64,000 bases of DNA from Eledone cirrhosa. Taxonomy: Eukaryota. Below, piece by piece: positions 59,901 through 64,000 of this stretch (positions within the stretch are counted from its first letter, which is position 1; the number at the start of each line of letters is the position of its first letter). The position numbers and the translations under genes are program-made. The notes beneath the pieces are model-generated. The model had not been told where the DNA came from. It worked only from the letters and a program-made list of their open reading frames with translations, and did no database searches. Where the stretch lies: contig OZ024741.1 of NCBI GenBank assembly GCA_964016885.1, positions 30,938,001-31,002,000 on the forward strand. Direction: 5' to 3'.

Positions 59901-62900
59901 TCAATACATCATTAATGTCATATTTCCTTCCACTCCTTCCTTCCTTCAATACATCATTACAGTCGTACTTCCTTCCACTCCTTCCTTCCCTCCTTCAATA
60001 CATCATTACATACATACTTCCTTCCACTCCTTCCCTCTTTCAATACATCATTACAGTCATACTTCCTTCCACCCTTTCCTTCATTCCTTCAATACATCAT
60101 TACAGTCATACTTCCTTCCACTCCTTCCTTCCTTCAATACATCATTACAGTCATACTTCCTTCCACTCCTTCCTTCAATACATCATTACAGTCATACTTC
60201 CTTTCCACTCCTTCCTTCAATACATCATTACAGTCATACTTTCTTCCACTCCTTCCTTCCCTCCTTCAATACATCCTTACAGTCATATTTCCATCCACTC
60301 CTTCCTTCAATACATCATTACAGTCATACTTCCTTCCACTCCTTCCTTCCCTCCTTCAATACATCATTACAGTCATATTTCCTTCCACTCCTTCCTTCCT
60401 TCAATACATCATTACAGACATACCTCCTTCCACTCCTTCCTTCCTTCAATACATCATTACAGTCATACTTCCTTCCACTCCTTCCTTCCCTCCTTCAATA
60501 CATCATTACAGTCATACTTCCTTCCACTCCTTCCTTCCTTCAATACATCATTACAGTCATACTTCCTTCCACTCCTTCCTTCGTTCCTTCAATACATCAT
60601 TACAGTTATACTTCCATCCACTCCTTCATTCGTTCAATACATCATTACAGTCATACTTCCTTCCACTCCTTCCTTCAATACATCATTACAGTCATACTTC
60701 CTTCCACTCCTTCCTTCAATACATCATTACAGTCATACTTTCTTTCCACTCCTTCCTTCCTTCAATGCATCATTACAGTCATACTTCCTTCCACTCCTTC
60801 CTTCCTTCAATACATCATTACAGTCATACTTCCTTCCACTCCTTCATTTCTTCAATACATCATTACAGTCATACTTCCTCCCACTCCTTCCTTCCTTCAA
60901 TACATCATTACAGTCATACTTCCTTCCACTCATTCCTTCCTTCCTTCAATACATCATTACAGTCATACTTTCTTCCACTCCATCCTTCCTTCAATACATC
61001 ATTACATTCATACTTCCTTCCACTCCTTCCTTCAATACATCATTACAGTCATACTTCCTTCCACTCCTTCCTTCCTTCAATACATCATTACAGTCATACT
61101 TCCTCCCACTCCTTCCTTCCTTCAATACATCATTACAGTCATACTTCCTTCCACTCCTTCCTTCCTTCCTTCCTTCAATACATCATTACTGTCATACTTT
61201 CTTCCACTCCTTCCTTCCTTCAATACATCATTACAGTCATACTTCCTTCCACTCCTTCCTTCCTTCAATACATCATTACAGTCATACTTTCTTCCTCTCC
61301 TTCCTTCAATACATCATTACAGTCATACTTCATTCCACTCCTTCCTTCCTTCAATACATCATTACAGTTATACTTCCTTCCACTCCTTCCTTCCTTCAAT
61401 ACATCATTACAGACATACTTCCTTCCACTCCTTCCTTCCTTCAATACATCATCACAGTCATACTTCCTTCCACTCCTTCCTTCGTTCCTTCAATACATCA
61501 TTACAGTCATACTTCCTTCCACTCATTCCTTCCTTCAATACATCATTACAGTCATACTCCCTTCAACTCCTTCCTTCCTTCAATACATCATTACAGACAT
61601 ACTTCCTTCCACTCCTTCCTTCCTTCAATACATCATTACAGTCATACTTCCTTCCACTCCTTCCTTCGTTCCTTCAATACATCATTACAGTTATACTTCC
61701 ATCCACTCCTTCATTCGTTCAAAACATCATTACAGTCATACTTCCTTCCACTCGTTCCTTCCTTCAATACATCATTACAGTCATACTTCCTTCCACTCCT
61801 TCCTTTCTTCAATACATCACTACAGTCATACTTCCTCCCATTCCCTCCTTCCTTCAATACATCATTACAGTCATACTTCCTTCCACTCCTTCCTTCAATA
61901 CATCATTACAGTCATACTTTCTTCCTCTCCTTCCTTCCTTCAATACATCATTACAGTCATACTTCCTTCCACTCCTTCCTTTCTTCAATACATCATTACA
62001 GTCATACTTCCTTCCACTCCTTCCTTCCTTCAATACATCATTACAGTCATACTTCCTTCCACTCCTTCCTTCCTTCAATACATCATTACAGTCATACTTC
62101 CTCCCACTCCTTCCTTCCTTCAATACATCATTACAGTCATACTTCCTTCCACTCCTTCCTTCCTTCCTTCAATACATCATTACAGTCATAATTTCTTCCA
62201 CTCCTTCCTTCCTTCAATACATCATTACAGTCATACTTCCTTCCACTCCTTCCTTCCCTCCTTCAATACATCATTACAGACATACTTCTTTCCACTCCTT
62301 CCTTCCTTCAATACATCATTACAGTCATACTTCCTTCCACTCCTTCCTTCCCTCCTTCAATACATCATTACAGACATACTTCTTTCCACTCCTTCCTTCC
62401 GTCAATACATCATTACAGTCATACTTCCTTCCACTCCTTCATTCCTTCAATACATCATTACAGTCATACTTCCTTCCACTCCTTCCTTCCTTCAATACAT
62501 CATTACAGTCATACTTCGTTTCACTCCTTCCTTCCTTCAATACATCATTACAGTCATACTTCCTTCCACTCCATCCTTTCTTCCTTCAATACATTATTAC
62601 AGTCATACTTCCTTCCACTCCTTCCTTCGTTCCTTCAATACATTATTACAGTTATACTTCCATCCACTCCTTCATTCGTTCAAAACATCATTACAGTCAT
62701 ACTTCCTTCCACTCCTTCCTTCAATACATCATTACAGTCATACTTCCTTCCACTCCTTCCTTCAATACATCATTACAGTCATACTTCCTTTCCACTCCTT
62801 CCTTCAATACATCATTACAGTCATATTTCCTTCCCCTCCTTCCTTCCTTCAATACATCATTACAGTCATACTTCCTTCCACTCCTTCCTTCCTTCAATAC

Positions 62901-64000
62901 ATCATTACAGTCATACTTCCTTCCACTCCTTCCTTCCTTCAATACATCATTGAAGTCATACTTCCTTCCACTCCTTCCTTCCTTCAATACATCATTACAG
63001 TCATACTTCCTTCCCCTCCTTCCTTCCTTCAATACATCATTACAGTCATACTTCCTTCCACTCCTTCCTTCCTTCAATACATCATTACAGTCATACTTCC
63101 TCCCACTCCTTCCTTCCTTCAATACATCATTGAAGTCATACTTCCTTCCACTCCTTCCTTCCTTCAATACATCATTACAGTCATACTTTCTTCCACTCCT
63201 TCCTTCCTTCAATACATCATTACAGTCATACTTCCTTCCACTCCTTCCTTACTTCAATACATCATTACAGTCATACTTTCTTCCTCTCCTTCCTTCCTTC
63301 AATACATCATTACAGTCATACTTCCTTCCACTCCTTCCTTCCTTCAATACATCATTACAGTCATACTTCCTTTCCACTCCTTCGTTCCTTCAATACATCA
63401 TTACAGTCATACTTCCTTCCACTCCTTCCTTCCTTCAATACATCATTACAGTCATACTTCCTTCCACTCATTCCTTCCTCCAATACATCATTACAGACAT
63501 ACTTCCTTCCACTCCTTCCTTCCTTCAATACATCATCACAGTCATACTTCCTTCCACTCCTTCCTTCGTTCCTTCAATACATCATTACAGTCATACTTCC
63601 TTTCACTCCTTCCTTCCTTCAATACATCATTACAGTCATACTTCCTTCCACTCCTTCCTTCCTTCAATGCATCATTACAGTCATACTTCCTTCCACTTCT
63701 TCCTTCCTTCAACACATCATCACAGTCATAATTCCTTCCACTCATTCCTTCCTTCAATACATCATTACAGTCATACTTCCTTCAACTCCTTCCTTCCTTC
63801 AATACATCATTACATACATACTTCCTTCCACTCCTTCCTTCCTTCAATACATCATCACAGTCATACTTCCTTCAACTCCTTCCTTCCTTCAATACATCAT
63901 CACAGTCATACTTCCTTCAACTCCTTCCTTCCTTCAATACATCATTACAGTCATATTTCCTTCCACTCCTTCCTTCCTTAAATACATCATTACAGTCATA

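Larger units (their letters stand above)
9025..64000. repeat. Satellite DNA array, ~45-bp monomer CAATACATCATTACAGTCATAC-TTCCTTCCACT-(CCTT)2-5; about 1,200 monomers by length estimate, continuing past the window end
   Basis: Head-to-tail copies in one orientation. The first CAATAC is at 9043. Length classes of 40, 41, 42, 45, 49 and 53 bp arise from CCTT slippage and small indels. No foreign insertion was seen. Confidence 0.99.
23375..64000. repeat. ~24-kb super-repeat: ~23,375-45,330 is recopied at ~47,380-64,000, with internal copy-number differences
   Basis: Colinear landmarks with stepwise offsets: 24,003 (23740/47743, 25151/49154), 23,648 (28486/52134), 22,657 (32980/55637, 33838/56495), 22,379 (36581/58960, 38386/60765) and 18,669 (44873/63542). 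Confidence 0.9.

Noticed and set aside
11653-63757. Minus-strand KEGRSGRKYDCNDVL repeat ORFs as Cys-containing repeat peptides
   Set aside because: They are simply runs of consecutive frame-preserving monomers and end at the first frame-shifting length variant.
8962-63981. Giant ORFs (e.g. 21073-31335, 3420 aa; 35432-43702, 2756 aa) as repetitive structural proteins
   Set aside because: They overlap in all three frames, switch peptide with each 4-bp slippage, have no unique N- or C-terminal domain, and start at chance ATG/TTG variants. They are a by-product of a stop-free satellite monomer.
9025-64000. CRISPR-like array (constant 22-nt unit plus variable part)
   Set aside because: The variable parts are only CCTT copy-number variants, not unique spacers. 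There are no cas genes and the context is eukaryotic.
9025-64000. Telomeric repeat array
   Set aside because: There are no TTAGGG/TTAGG-type units. (CCTT)n is interrupted every monomer by a fixed spacer. A subtelomeric location cannot be judged from this window.

Overview
Eukaryotic, repeat-derived, apparently gene-free DNA. It is most likely from an invertebrate genome. The SINE and the (TA)n-rich landscape resemble Octopus/cephalopod DNA, but that is an inference from memory and was not searched. Bases 1-9,020 are a dense pile of mobile-element relics, mostly separated by (TA)n arrays. They include a non-autonomous Helitron with both termini (2032-3330) carrying a decayed PIF1-helicase C-terminus, and two decayed C-terminal fragments of CRE-like (RLE) non-LTR retrotransposons. 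There are also a direct-repeat-bounded element, a foldback with a perfect 50-bp palindrome, two degenerate hammerhead-like motifs, a tRNA-type SINE and several micro/minisatellites. From about 9,025 to the window end (55 kb) is one uninterrupted satellite array. Its monomer is CAATACATCATTACAGTCATAC-TTCCTTCCACT-(CCTT)n, usually 45 bp with 40/41/42/49/53-bp variants. The monomer has no stop codon in any + frame, which explains all the giant ORFs (up to 3420 aa) as artefacts. Diagnostic variants show nested higher-order structure: 134- and 173-bp multimers, ~0.7, 1.0, 2.3, 3.9 and 14.2 kb duplications, and a ~24-kb super-repeat, with more divergent monomers at the left edge. No intact protein-coding gene and no convincingly new biological system is supported. 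The best leads are the satellite architecture and the structured TA-embedded elements.
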